A DNA stretch of 46,529 bases, from positions 1 to 46,529 of the forward strand of contig JABCTJ010000038.1 in assembly GCA_018238375.1 (NCBI GenBank), written 5' to 3'. A program made the position numbers and the translations under genes. Positions within the stretch are counted from its first letter, which is position 1, and each line of letters starts with the position of its first letter. The stretch is from Candidatus Thorarchaeota archaeon. GTDB lineage: Archaea > Asgardarchaeota > Thorarchaeia > Thorarchaeales > Thorarchaeaceae. This document shows positions 27,191 to 37,488 of the stretch, in pieces. The notes under the pieces are model-generated. The model made no database searches. It saw only the letters and a program-made list of their open reading frames with translations, and was not told the origin of the DNA.

Positions 27191-30100
27191 ATGGTCAGCA
27201 AGGCATCCAAGAAGTCATCGGCAAAGCCCAAGCCTACTGACGTTGCTATAATTGGAGCTGGAATGGCAGGAATCAGCGCCGCACTCGCCCTCGCTGACGG
27301 CGGTCATCATGCCCATCTAATTGAGAGGACTGTAAGTATCGGGGGGGCTTATGTCGCCATTTACAAGATATTTCCTGCGCTCGAATGTAGCGCCTGCGTC
27401 ATGACTCCACTCACTTCATTCGTGGGCAAACACCTGAACATAACGATACACTCACTCTCAGAGGTAAAGAAAGTCAAGGGCAAGGCGGGCGACTTCACTC
27501 TGACTATTCACAAGAAGGCTCGCTACGTAGACGAGAACAAGTGCACTGGTTGCGGTCTCTGCATCGCGGCCTGTCCAGTGGAGGTCCCGAATCATTACGA
27601 CATGGGACTATCGCTGCGCAAGGCAATATACATGAACTTCCCACAGCAGATTCCTCTGCTGGCTGCCATTGATCGAGAATCGTGTATTGGCTGTGGGACC
27701 TGTGCTTCAGTGTGTCCGCAGGACTGCATCTTATACGATGACGAAGATAAGGAGTACGACCTGCACGTGGGTTCCATCATAAATGCTGCAGGATTTGAGG
27801 AATATCAGCCGACCGACTATGCAGAATACGGCTATGGTGTGTTTCCGAACGTCGTGACAAGCCTAGAGTACGATCGTCAAACACATCCAACAGGTCCGAC
27901 TGATGCGCACATGGTTCGCCCTTCTGATGGCAGGGAACCTGAAACCATCATGTTCGTGAACTGCGTTGGGTCAAGAGACGTTCGGGAGAATATCCAGGGG
28001 TACAGTCATCATTGTAACAGAGTCTGTTGTTCTTTCGGACTGAAGCTAGCCCAGGTCACGCGCATGCACTATCCCAAGGAGCACTGTAAAATCATCTACA
28101 CCTATATGGACATGCGCACCTGCGGGAAACTGCTGGAGGAGTTCCTCTGGGACTCGCAGCACAACATGGACATTGACTTCATCCGCGGCAGGATTGCTGA
28201 GATTAATGAAGACCCTGACACTCACGACCTCATGGTGAAGCTAGAGGATACCGAAAAAGGCGAGATTCAAGAGATCAAAGTGAACATGGTCGTTCTCAAC
28301 TCGAGCTTCAGGCCTGCTGAAGGTAACGAGGAACTTGCGAAGGTATTGGGCATCGAGCTCGATGAGGCGGGCTGGGTGAAGGAGAAGAACCCGAACTCAG
28401 CTGCACTCGAAACCACCCGTGCTGGCATATACATGGCTGGATGCATCCACGGACCAAAGGACGGAACAGACACCGTGAATGAAGGCAAGGGTGCGGCTAT
28501 GGCTGCACAATCAATACTACCGCTCCCACACCCCCCCGTACCTGAAGCAGTTCCGCCACTGGAGGTCGGAGAAGAGCCGAGAGTTGGCGTATTCATTTGC
28601 CATTGTGGAGGAATCATTGGCAATGTACTAGACTGTCCCAGCCTAGCTCAGTGGGCAAGCCATATTCCGAATGTAGCCTACAGCACAGATTATATTTTCA
28701 TGTGCAGCGACCCAGGCCAGGAGTTCATCACAGAGGCCATCAAGGAGCACAAGCTGAATCGCGTGGTCGTTGGTTCATGCTCACCACTTCAACATGAAGA
28801 CACTTTCAGACGCGCACTAGAGGCTGCTGGTATATCGGGTTACTATCTTGTGGGGCCCGTAGGGCTGAGAGAGATGATTGCGCTGGTCAACGCGAACGAC
28901 CCTCCAGATGTTCGCCAGGAGAAGGCGCAGGACATGATTCGTTCCGGCGTCGCCAAGGCCATCAATAATGAAATTGTACCTGTCAAGTCAGTAGACGTGA
29001 CTCGAGTTGCGATGATTGTTGGTGGGGGGGTTTCAGGAATGAGTGCTGCGCTTGACATTGCTCGGAAGGGCTTTAATGTCATCCTTGTTGAGAAAGAGGC
29101 CATACTTGGCGGAAGGCTAAATGACCTCTACAATTTATTCCCCAAGATGGAGAGCGCGCAAGAGATCGTGGACGACCTCACGGCACGCGTTGAGAAAGAG
29201 AAACGGATCAAGGTTCTGCTCAACTCGAAGCCAGTATTGAGGGAGGGGTCTTACGGTAACTACGGGATAACCATTCAGAACACAGAAACTGGAACGCAGG
29301 AAGTTCACACGATAGGCTCAATGGTCATCGCAACGGGTACAGACACCTACGACCCAAAGAAGGGAGAATATGGTTGGGAGGAAGTCCCAGGAGTCATTAC
29401 AACACTCCAGCTTGAGCGCATGCTAAGAAATGGAGAACTCAAGAAGCCACCAAAGAATCCGGTGTTTATCCACTGCGTCGGTTCAAGACAGAGCCCAGGA
29501 GAGGGGAACAGATACTGCTCAAGGGTGTGTTGTTCCGCAGTCATAGCTATGCAGCACGAACTGAAGGAGATGTTCCCGGACATCAGAGTGATCTCGGCCT
29601 ATAAGGAGCACATCCGCCCGTTCGCCAACGGTATGGAAGAGATGTGGCGGGAAAACCGTCAGAGGGGCGTCGTCTATCTACGCTGGATAAGAGAGAGACC
29701 GGTCACCGTCGAGAAAGCTCCTGATGCTGATGAGGCCATCGTAACAGTATATGATACTCTTTCCCAAGAAACCTTCAAGATACGATCCAACATGGTTGTG
29801 CTAGCGCTGGGCTTGGAGGCGCCCCATGATGTCAACGAACTCACCAAGGCATTAGGAATCAACCGAGGACAAGATGGATTCCTGCTTGAGGTCCATATGA
29901 AGTTCAAACCAGTGGAGACTACAGTCCCAGGCATCTTCTTGGGTGCAACCTACGCCAAGAACGTATCAGACTCAATCAACCAGGCACGCGGTGCAGCCAG
30001 CGCAGCCTGTGCTCCGCTCAATCTCGGTACTGTGAATATCGAGCTTTTGGCAGCAGAGGTGGATGAAGATCTCTGTGTTGGATGTGACCTCTGCCATTAT

Positions 30101-30292
30101 TCGGAGATTTGCCCCTACGATGCAGTTTCAATGGTGGAAGTATCGCCGGGTGTGAAAAAGAGCGTCACCAACGAGCTTGCATGTGAAGGATGTGGAGCAT
30201 GCTGTTCCATCTGCCCAACGGGAGCACGTGACCTCCGATGGTGGCGTGAGAAGAGCTTCTACGACCAGATAGAAGAGATGCTCAGGGAGTAG
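27191..30292 (+). CDS. hdrA: HdrA-like FAD/FeS protein with two HdrA FAD modules
   Basis: Two GxGxxG folds (IIGAGMAG, IVGGGVSG), two CVGSR..C.RVCC motifs, GVFICHCG, CS, SCSP and ferredoxin CxxCxxCxxxCP motifs. Confidence 0.92.
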   Translation: MVSKASKKSSAKPKPTDVAIIGAGMAGISAALALADGGHHAHLIERTVSIGGAYVAIYKIFPALECSACVMTPLTSFVGKHLNITIHSLSEVKKVKGKAGDFTLTIHKKARYVDENKCTGCGLCIAACPVEVPNHYDMGLSLRKAIYMNFPQQIPLLAAIDRESCIGCGTCASVCPQDCILYDDEDKEYDLHVGSIINAAGFEEYQPTDYAEYGYGVFPNVVTSLEYDRQTHPTGPTDAHMVRPSDGREPETIMFVNCVGSRDVRENIQGYSHHCNRVCCSFGLKLAQVTRMHYPKEHCKIIYTYMDMRTCGKLLEEFLWDSQHNMDIDFIRGRIAEINEDPDTHDLMVKLEDTEKGEIQEIKVNMVVLNSSFRPAEGNEELAKVLGIELDEAGWVKEKNPNSAALETTRAGIYMAGCIHGPKDGTDTVNEGKGAAMAAQSILPLPHPPVPEAVPPLEVGEEPRVGVFICHCGGIIGNVLDCPSLAQWASHIPNVAYSTDYIFMCSDPGQEFITEAIKEHKLNRVVVGSCSPLQHEDTFRRALEAAGISGYYLVGPVGLREMIALVNANDPPDVRQEKAQDMIRSGVAKAINNEIVPVKSVDVTRVAMIVGGGVSGMSAALDIARKGFNVILVEKEAILGGRLNDLYNLFPKMESAQEIVDDLTARVEKEKRIKVLLNSKPVLREGSYGNYGITIQNTETGTQEVHTIGSMVIATGTDTYDPKKGEYGWEEVPGVITTLQLERMLRNGELKKPPKNPVFIHCVGSRQSPGEGNRYCSRVCCSAVIAMQHELKEMFPDIRVISAYKEHIRPFANGMEEMWRENRQRGVVYLRWIRERPVTVEKAPDADEAIVTVYDTLSQETFKIRSNMVVLALGLEAPHDVNELTKALGINRGQDGFLLEVHMKFKPVETTVPGIFLGATYAKNVSDSINQARGAASAACAPLNLGTVNIELLAAEVDEDLCVGCDLCHYSEICPYDAVSMVEVSPGVKKSVTNELACEGCGACCSICPTGARDLRWWREKSFYDQIEEMLRE

Positions 30293-30298
30293 CTGCCG

Positions 30299-30865
30299 TT
30301 GGTGTCAGTTAACGACCTCCACGCAGGATGGATGGTTCTGAATAAACTGCTTGGAGAGCTGCGGTCGAAGGGAGTTTTCATTCCAGACCTCATCTATGCA
30401 GACCTAAGGAATAGTAAGATGGTCATCGAGTATCTAAGGTCATTCGGCAGTGAGATCAAGCAGCCTGAGCAGTGCGATGCCGATCTTCAACATGAGATGG
30501 AGATAAAGGTCCAGGGACTTCGAGAAATCCTGATGGTCTGGGCGGAAGAAAAGGATGGTGTCCAATATAGACAGGCCTGGGAAACAAGATTCGATGATGC
30601 CATTCACGGACGGGGAGAAGTAGCTTCGGAGGACCCACCGATGCCCATCTCTGATTTGCCCAGAGAAAAGGATGTGAGCTTCTTCCGAATCAGGTTGCCT
30701 GATGAGATTCCAGTGGAGATAGTTTCAGAGCTTGCGGAGGACTGTCGTGTATTGATATCACTCGATGGCGATAGACACTTGCAAGTGAGCGGCAAGAAAG
30801 AATGCGTCCGTGATGCGATGAAGAGGCTTGGGGAACTCTTCTATGGTCGTAGTGAGCTTGGCTAG
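30299..30865 (+). CDS. DUF2096-family protein
   Basis: W.VL..LL.EL..KG..IP...DLR..K..I N-terminus and C-terminal ..L.ELAE...V.I......L.V.G.KE.V..AMK; starts 6 bp after hdrA. Confidence 0.72.
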   Translation: MVSVNDLHAGWMVLNKLLGELRSKGVFIPDLIYADLRNSKMVIEYLRSFGSEIKQPEQCDADLQHEMEIKVQGLREILMVWAEEKDGVQYRQAWETRFDDAIHGRGEVASEDPPMPISDLPREKDVSFFRIRLPDEIPVEIVSELAEDCRVLISLDGDRHLQVSGKKECVRDAMKRLGELFYGRSELG

Positions 30866-30990
30866 GACTGGATAGAGAAGCTAGCTGTCGTTCATTGGGC
30901 GTACGAAACGACACTATTTTATGGGCGTTCTTGTCCGATGCAGGCAAATCTGAGGACATTTTTGTCGTAAAACAGAAGGTGAATCTCACA

Positions 30991-32937
30991 ATGGTGTCGG
31001 TGGCTAAAAGTATTCTTGCAAAACACGTTGAAGTGGGCGATTCCAAGCTCATCCCAGGCAATGCGATTGGAATCAGGATAGACCGTACCTTAACACAAGA
31101 CGCTACAGGTACAATGGCTTACCTGCAATTCGAGGCGATGGGTCTCGACAAGGTGAAGACGGAACTCTCCGTTTCGGTTGTTGATCACAATATGCTTCAA
31201 TCTGATTTCAAGAACGCTGATGATCACTTGTACTTGCAGTCAGTTGCAGCTAAGTACGGTATACTATTCTCACGACCGGGAAATGGTATTTGCCATCAAG
31301 TATTCCTTGAAAGGTTCTCCAAGCCAGGAGCAACTCTCATTGGATCTGACTCCCATACTCCGACTTCAGGTGGAGTGGGGATGATTTCCATAGGTGCAGG
31401 TGGACTTGACGTCGCTGTTGCGATGGGGGGCGGGTTGTTCTACATAACAGTTCCCAAGATTATGGGAATGAAACTAACTGGTAAACTCCGCGACTTCGTA
31501 TCAGCAAAGGACATCATACTTGAGGTGTTAAGAAGAATTGGTGTGAAAGGAGGAAGGGGCTATATCTTGGAATACTTCGGCCCTGGACTGAAGTCGTTAT
31601 CCGTTACTGAGCGAGCCACCATTACCAATATGGGCACTGAAACTGGTGCGACAACCTCGATTTTTCCATCAGATGAGATCACGAAGGCGTTCTTTAAACT
31701 TCAGCAACGAGAAGACGATTGGGTCAGCATTCCAACCGGACTGGAAGAAGACTTCGATGAGGTGATTGAGATTGACCTCAACAAGTTGGAGCCTATGATA
31801 GCCAAGCCCCATTCCCCAGGGAATGTTGTACCGCTTTCAGAGCTTGAAGGCAAATTAGTGGATCAAGTTGCTATTGGTTCGTGTACCAACTCGTCAATCA
31901 AGGACATGGCAATGGTTGCAGCCCTTCTCAAGGGCAAGACGATCCATTCTAGAACGACCCTGGGAATATCGCCGGGATCTAGGCAGGTGTTGAAGTATTT
32001 AGCGGAAAAAGGAATGCTGGCTGATATAATTTCAAGCGGAGGCAGAATCCTGGAGAGCGGCTGTGGTCCATGCATTGGCATGGGATTTGCACCGCCATCA
32101 GGAAGTGTTTCAATCAGAACATTCAATCGTAACTTTCGGGGCCGCAGCGGCACGATTGATTCAGAAGCTTATCTTGTCAGTCCAGAGGTTGCTGTGGCGG
32201 CGGCAATCTACGGAGAGATAACGGACCCAAGGAAGCTGGGTGCTTATCCAAAGATCGAGATGCCAACCTCCATCAACATTGATGATTCGATGATTCTCAA
32301 ACCTTCCGATCACCCTGAAGGCATCGAAATTATACGTGGTCCGAACATTCAATCACTTCCGGAAGCTATACCCCTTCCCGAAAAGCTGCCTAAGTTGAAT
32401 GCCCTAATCAAAGTCGAGGACGACATAACAACTGACCACATCATGCCCGCAGGAGCCAAAATTCTGCCACTGCGATCAAACCTGCCCAAGATAAGCGAGT
32501 TTGTCTTTTCACAGGTGGATACAACATTCGCATCGAGAGCTCTCGAGTCTAAGGAAACCGGGGGAGGAATTATCATTGCTGGCGAAAACTACGGTCAAGG
32601 GTCAAGCCGCGAACATGCTGCTCTCGCACCAATGTATCTTGGAATCAGAGTGGTTGCGGTGAAGTCATTTGCCCGCATTCACAAGGCGAATTTGATCAAC
32701 GTTGGAATCCTTCCAGTTGAGTTTGCAGACTCTGATGGTTTCGATAAGATTGATGCTGGAGATTCACTAGAGATAGCGGGTATTCGCACAGCCTTGGAAA
32801 AGGGGGAAAAGATGTTGGCAATTCGGAACACGACCAAGAATATTGATATTCCCGTCACCTATGAGCTTTCCGAGCGTGAAAGGAAGATTATGTTGGCTGG
32901 AGGTCTTCTGAATTACACGAAAGAGGGAGGAATCTAG
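30991..32937 (+). CDS. acn: Aconitate hydratase (start MVSV at 30991 after AAGGTGA)
   Basis: TQDATGTMA, DHN, GNGICHQV, GSDSHT, GSCTN, CGPCIGMG, FNRNF.GR, TTDHI.PAG, NYGQGSSREHA. Confidence 0.95.
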   Translation: MVSVAKSILAKHVEVGDSKLIPGNAIGIRIDRTLTQDATGTMAYLQFEAMGLDKVKTELSVSVVDHNMLQSDFKNADDHLYLQSVAAKYGILFSRPGNGICHQVFLERFSKPGATLIGSDSHTPTSGGVGMISIGAGGLDVAVAMGGGLFYITVPKIMGMKLTGKLRDFVSAKDIILEVLRRIGVKGGRGYILEYFGPGLKSLSVTERATITNMGTETGATTSIFPSDEITKAFFKLQQREDDWVSIPTGLEEDFDEVIEIDLNKLEPMIAKPHSPGNVVPLSELEGKLVDQVAIGSCTNSSIKDMAMVAALLKGKTIHSRTTLGISPGSRQVLKYLAEKGMLADIISSGGRILESGCGPCIGMGFAPPSGSVSIRTFNRNFRGRSGTIDSEAYLVSPEVAVAAAIYGEITDPRKLGAYPKIEMPTSINIDDSMILKPSDHPEGIEIIRGPNIQSLPEAIPLPEKLPKLNALIKVEDDITTDHIMPAGAKILPLRSNLPKISEFVFSQVDTTFASRALESKETGGGIIIAGENYGQGSSREHAALAPMYLGIRVVAVKSFARIHKANLINVGILPVEFADSDGFDKIDAGDSLEIAGIRTALEKGEKMLAIRNTTKNIDIPVTYELSERERKIMLAGGLLNYTKEGGI

Positions 32938-32938
32938 A

Positions 32939-34216
32939 TTGGCACAAAAATCAATTAATGAGTATTCAGCAAAGAAACTGATTGCTGGAGAACTGGTGAA
33001 ATACTTCCCCGAGTTCAACTACCACGGGAAGCTAGCTGTAATAACTCCTGAAACCAAGTGGGAGGAGCTTGTGAAAGAAAATCCGTGGCTGAAAACTGAC
33101 AAGCTGGCTGCAAAACCAGACCAGCTATTTGGAAAGAGAGGCAAGGCGAATCTACTACTACTAGATGCAAGCTTAGCCGACCTAAAGTCGTTCATCAAAG
33201 AGAAGATGAACAAGGAGATGGTCGTTGGTGAAACGAAAGGGACACTGAACAGGTTCCTAGTCGAACCCTTTATTCCCCATGACAAGGAGTTCTACGTTTC
33301 CATCACGTCAGACCGTGATAATGACATCATCCATTTCTCGCTGGAAGGAGGTATTTTCGTAGAGGAGAACTGGGATAAAGTGTCACACATTCCGATACCC
33401 ATCGGAACTGACATCGACTCGTTCAATCTGGCCGAGAAGTTGCCAGATCTTGGGGAGCTGGGAGATGTTGTTGTTTCCTTTGTCAAGGGGTTATTGCAGG
33501 TCTACATTGATCAGGACTTCGCGTTCATGGAAATCAATCCTTTCGCTGTCACTGAAGACAAGTTGGTAGTTCCTCTGGACCTCAAAGCTCGTCTTGATGA
33601 TACAGCGGCGTTCAAGCATTCCGACACGTGGGGCAATTACAATAACCCAATCAAGTTTCCAGTTTCGTTCGGTCAGAAGTTCTCCAAAGAGGAAGAATAC
33701 ATCAGAAGCATCGACGAACAAACAGGTTCTTCGTTGAAGTTGACGGTTCTCGATCGCGACAAACGAATTTGGACTATGGTAGCCGGAGGTGGTGCAAGCG
33801 TTGTCTACGCAGACACCATCGTGGACCTAGGATTTGGTGCTGAACTTGCGAACTACGGAGAATACAGTGGGAACCCCAGCCGCGAGCACACTGAGTTGTA
33901 CGCCCAGACACTTATCGACCTCATGACAGAGAAACCGGATCCGAAGGGGCTCCCGAAAATCCTTCTGATTGGTGGCGGAATCGCCAACTTCACAGATGTG
34001 AAAGCCACTTTCGCAGGTATTGTGAGTGCTCTGAGGAAATCAGCTGACAAGCTGAAGAAAGTGAACGTGAAGATCTATGTACGCCGTGGAGGACCCAATG
34101 AGAAGGAGGGCCTGAAGCTCATGAAAGATGTCGGAGAAGAAATGGGCATTCCCATCGAAGTGTACGACAGATACACTCCAATGACCCGAATTGTACCTTT
34201 GGCCCTGAAGGAGTGA
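32939..34216 (+). CDS. aclB: ATP-citrate lyase beta subunit (ATP-grasp + citrate-binding)
   Basis: KPDQLFGKRGK, EPF.PH..E.Y, EINPF, LDDTA.F, SLKLT, WTMVAGGGASVVYAD, ELANYGEYSG.P, GGGIANFT.V, VRRGGPN. Confidence 0.95.
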   Translation: MAQKSINEYSAKKLIAGELVKYFPEFNYHGKLAVITPETKWEELVKENPWLKTDKLAAKPDQLFGKRGKANLLLLDASLADLKSFIKEKMNKEMVVGETKGTLNRFLVEPFIPHDKEFYVSITSDRDNDIIHFSLEGGIFVEENWDKVSHIPIPIGTDIDSFNLAEKLPDLGELGDVVVSFVKGLLQVYIDQDFAFMEINPFAVTEDKLVVPLDLKARLDDTAAFKHSDTWGNYNNPIKFPVSFGQKFSKEEEYIRSIDEQTGSSLKLTVLDRDKRIWTMVAGGGASVVYADTIVDLGFGAELANYGEYSGNPSREHTELYAQTLIDLMTEKPDPKGLPKILLIGGGIANFTDVKATFAGIVSALRKSADKLKKVNVKIYVRRGGPNEKEGLKLMKDVGEEMGIPIEVYDRYTPMTRIVPLALKE

Positions 34217-34223
34217 CGTAAGA

Positions 34224-36059
34224 ATGGAAGACTATGAATTATTCAACAGAGACTCCCAAGCGATTGTTTATGGATTCCAGCGAAACGCAATCCAGCGAAT
34301 GTTGGACTTTGACTTTGTCAGCAAGCGGAAAACGCCTAGTGTTGCTGCGATAATCCGGCCCACTCAAGCAGGGGCAATCGGTTACCACAAGGTTTTCTGG
34401 GGCGGCAAAGAGATTGTTATACCTATTTACAAAAAGCTGGAGCTTGCCGCAAAGAATCATGCTACAGTAGATGTCCTAATCAACTTCTCATCATTTCGAT
34501 CATCCTACCCAACATCGAAAGAGGCTTTGGAAACTGAAAGCATTCGGGTCTTGGTCATAATCGCTGAAGGAATACCGGAGCGACAGAGCCGTGAGCTCAT
34601 TAAGCTTGCAAAAGAGAAGAATAAGATAATCATCGGACCGGCCACTGTTGGTGGAATTCGAGCAGGCGCCTTCAAGATTGCCAATACAGCAGGCACCATA
34701 GAGAACATCGTCAAGTCAAAGCTCTACCGACCAGGCAGCGTGGGTTTTGTATCCAAGTCCGGTGGGATGAGCAATGAAATGAATTTCATGATATCTCAAA
34801 ACACCGACGGAATACTGGAAGGCATTGCAATTGGCGGAGATCGGTACGCTGGATCTTTGCTCATCGACCACATCCTTCGATATGAAGCCAATCCACAGGT
34901 GAAGTTGATTGTTTGTTTGGGCGAGATCGGAGGGATGGACGAGTACTCGATTGTGGAGGCCGTGAAAGATGGCCGTATCAAGAAACCCATTGTGATGTGG
35001 GTGACAGGTACCTCTTCCAAGATATTTCCAGCAGGTGTTCAATTCGGTCACGCTGGCGCAATGGCTGGAAGTGACATGGAAACAGCAGATGCAAAGAACA
35101 AAGCGCTTGCTGAAGTAGGTGTTATTGTCCCCGAATCATACGACACCTTTGGTGACAAGATACGTGAAACCTTTGAGAAATTGAAAGCCGAAGGGAAGAT
35201 AGAGGCCTTGGATGACTTTGAACCCCCACAGATTCCTCAGGACTATAGCAAAGCCTCAGCTCAAGGGATTGTTCGAAGACCGACAGACGTGGTAGTCACC
35301 ATTTCTAACGAGAGGGGTGACATCCTCACGTACAATGGAGTTCCGATTGACAAGATAATCAGTGAAGAACTCTCCCTTGGATACGTGATTGGGCTACTCT
35401 GGCTGAAGAAGGAGTTGCCTCCGTTTGCCGCGAAATACATCGAACTAGTGCTGAAGTTGACTGCGGACCACGGGCCAGCCGTATCAGGCGCTCACAACGC
35501 CATTGTGACTGCGCGAGCTGGAAAGGATTTGATGGCGTCACTAGCCAGTGGCATATTGACGATAGGCCCAAGATTTGGCGGTGCTATCTCCGATGCTGCC
35601 AAGTATTTCAAAATGGCTCTGGATTCCGGAAAGCATCCACCGGACTTCATTAATTACATGAAGGACGTTGTAGGGATTAACATCCCAGGAATCGGCCATA
35701 GAATCAAGTCCGTTCAGAATCCGGATATCCGGGTTACGCTTCTGAAAAAGTTCGTAAATGAGAACTTCCCGAAGCATCCATACTTAGACTATGCTCTTGA
35801 GGTCGAGAAGCTGACCACACAAAAGAGAAATAACTTGATTCTTAATGTGGACGGTTGCATTGGAATCTGTTTCCTTGACCTGATGGAGAATATTGACCTA
35901 ACCCCTGAAGAAAAGCAAGATGTCCTAGACACAGAGGTCTTGAATGGGCTCTTTGTGCTTGGGAGATCAATCGGGATGATGGGGCATATATTCGACCAGA
36001 AACGCCAACGTGCTGCACTGTATCGACAGCCGTGGGATGAGATACTATACGCTTCATAA
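34224..36059 (+). CDS. aclA: ATP-citrate lyase alpha subunit (CoA-binding, phospho-His and citryl-CoA lyase domains)
   Basis: QRMLDFDF, IIAEGIPE, IGPATVGG, YRPGSV..VSKSGGMSNE, QFGHAGA, ADHGPAVSGAHN, GIGHRIKS..NPD.RV, LILNVDG. Confidence 0.96.
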   Translation: MEDYELFNRDSQAIVYGFQRNAIQRMLDFDFVSKRKTPSVAAIIRPTQAGAIGYHKVFWGGKEIVIPIYKKLELAAKNHATVDVLINFSSFRSSYPTSKEALETESIRVLVIIAEGIPERQSRELIKLAKEKNKIIIGPATVGGIRAGAFKIANTAGTIENIVKSKLYRPGSVGFVSKSGGMSNEMNFMISQNTDGILEGIAIGGDRYAGSLLIDHILRYEANPQVKLIVCLGEIGGMDEYSIVEAVKDGRIKKPIVMWVTGTSSKIFPAGVQFGHAGAMAGSDMETADAKNKALAEVGVIVPESYDTFGDKIRETFEKLKAEGKIEALDDFEPPQIPQDYSKASAQGIVRRPTDVVVTISNERGDILTYNGVPIDKIISEELSLGYVIGLLWLKKELPPFAAKYIELVLKLTADHGPAVSGAHNAIVTARAGKDLMASLASGILTIGPRFGGAISDAAKYFKMALDSGKHPPDFINYMKDVVGINIPGIGHRIKSVQNPDIRVTLLKKFVNENFPKHPYLDYALEVEKLTTQKRNNLILNVDGCIGICFLDLMENIDLTPEEKQDVLDTEVLNGLFVLGRSIGMMGHIFDQKRQRAALYRQPWDEILYAS

Positions 36060-36062
36060 TGA

Positions 36063-37406
36063 ATGAGTGTGAATATAATGACAAAGTACGAGAAACTAGT
36101 TCCACCCTCAAAGGGAGAGAAAGTTACAGTCAAGGATGGCAAATGGAACATTCCCGATAACCCCATAGTCTGTTGGGTTGAGGGAGATGGCATTGGCCCC
36201 GAGATTAGCAAAGTAATGATAAAAATCGTGGACGCCGCAGTAGAAAAGGCATACAACGGGAAACGGAAGTTCGAATGGTTTGAGATCTTTGCCGGCGATA
36301 AGGCGAGAGAGCTCTATAACCCGGAGGTCACGGATGAGGAGCTTAAGGCGCTCAGTCCTGATGAGCAAAGAATGACCTATTTGCCCGATGACACACTGCA
36401 GGTCGTTCGGGATTACCATTTGGCAATCAAGGGGCCATGCACGACCCCCATAGGCAAAGGATTCTCCTCGATAAATGTCGGCATTCGCAAGTCCTTGGGC
36501 CTGTTTGTCTGTCTTAGACCTGTGTGGCACATCAAAGGCGTTCCGGCCCCGGTCAAAGATCCCGATGCAATAGATATGGTGATTTTCAGAGAGAACATAG
36601 AGGACATATACGCAGGCATAGAGGGCTATCCGGGAACCAAGAGAACACAGAAGCTCATAGATTTCCTCAGAACGGAATGGAATGTACCGGCGGACTCCGA
36701 TAGCTTGCGATCCTCTGCAGGCATATCTGTGAAACCAATGTCACCCGAGAACACTAAGCGACTAGTAAGAAAAGCAATTCAATATGCTATTGACCACAAG
36801 AAGCGTGTGGTGACCCTGTGTCATAAGGGCAACATCATGAAAGCTACAGAGGGCCAGTTCAGAAACTGGGGCTACGAAGTTGCTATTGATGAGTTCAGAA
36901 ACCAAATCGTTACGGAGAAGGAACTGAACGACAAGTACGGTGGCGACAGAGAGAAGGCCTACGCTGATGGAAAGATCCTTGTGAACGATCGCATAATGGA
37001 TGCGATGTTCCAACAAGTGCTTCTGAGACCTCGTGAGTATGAGGTCGTAGCGCTGCCTAACCTCAATGGTGACTATCTCTCAGACCAATTGGCTGCTCAA
37101 GTTGGTGGACTCGGGTTTGCGCCAGGTGCAAACCTCAGCAATGATATCTTCTTCGCTGAAGCAACTCATGGAACCGCTCCGAAGCATGCGGGAAAGAACC
37201 GAATCAACCCAGGTTCTATCACCTTGTCTGCATGTCTTCTGCTGGAACACATGGGATGGAACGAGGCATCTGAGATGATCAAAACCGCAGTTTCTAGGGC
37301 GGTTGAATCTAAGAATGTCACTTACGATATCGCGCGGCAACTGAAACCAACAGTGAAGCCAATTTCTACTAGCGCGTTCGGAGAAGAAATCATCAAGAAC
37401 TTGTAA
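36063..37406 (+). CDS. icd: Isocitrate dehydrogenase, subfamily I, probably NADP-dependent
   Basis: EGDGIGPEI, IKGP.TTP.G.G..S.NV, FREN.EDIYAGIE, HKGNIMK.TEG, NLNGDYLSD, EATHGTAPKH, VTYDIAR. Confidence 0.95.
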   Translation: MSVNIMTKYEKLVPPSKGEKVTVKDGKWNIPDNPIVCWVEGDGIGPEISKVMIKIVDAAVEKAYNGKRKFEWFEIFAGDKARELYNPEVTDEELKALSPDEQRMTYLPDDTLQVVRDYHLAIKGPCTTPIGKGFSSINVGIRKSLGLFVCLRPVWHIKGVPAPVKDPDAIDMVIFRENIEDIYAGIEGYPGTKRTQKLIDFLRTEWNVPADSDSLRSSAGISVKPMSPENTKRLVRKAIQYAIDHKKRVVTLCHKGNIMKATEGQFRNWGYEVAIDEFRNQIVTEKELNDKYGGDREKAYADGKILVNDRIMDAMFQQVLLRPREYEVVALPNLNGDYLSDQLAAQVGGLGFAPGANLSNDIFFAEATHGTAPKHAGKNRINPGSITLSACLLLEHMGWNEASEMIKTAVSRAVESKNVTYDIARQLKPTVKPISTSAFGEEIIKNL

Positions 37407-37488
37407 ATTCGGAATGTGACAATATGCACCCGCGTGGTGTGGTCCTGAAACAGCCTACGAACTTGAATAGGAAACGAGTTGGTAGGCT

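Noticed and set aside
30932-30958. IRE-like or K-turn hairpin in the aconitase leader
   Set aside because: The loop is CAGGCA rather than CAGUGN, and the bulge geometry does not fit a K-turn
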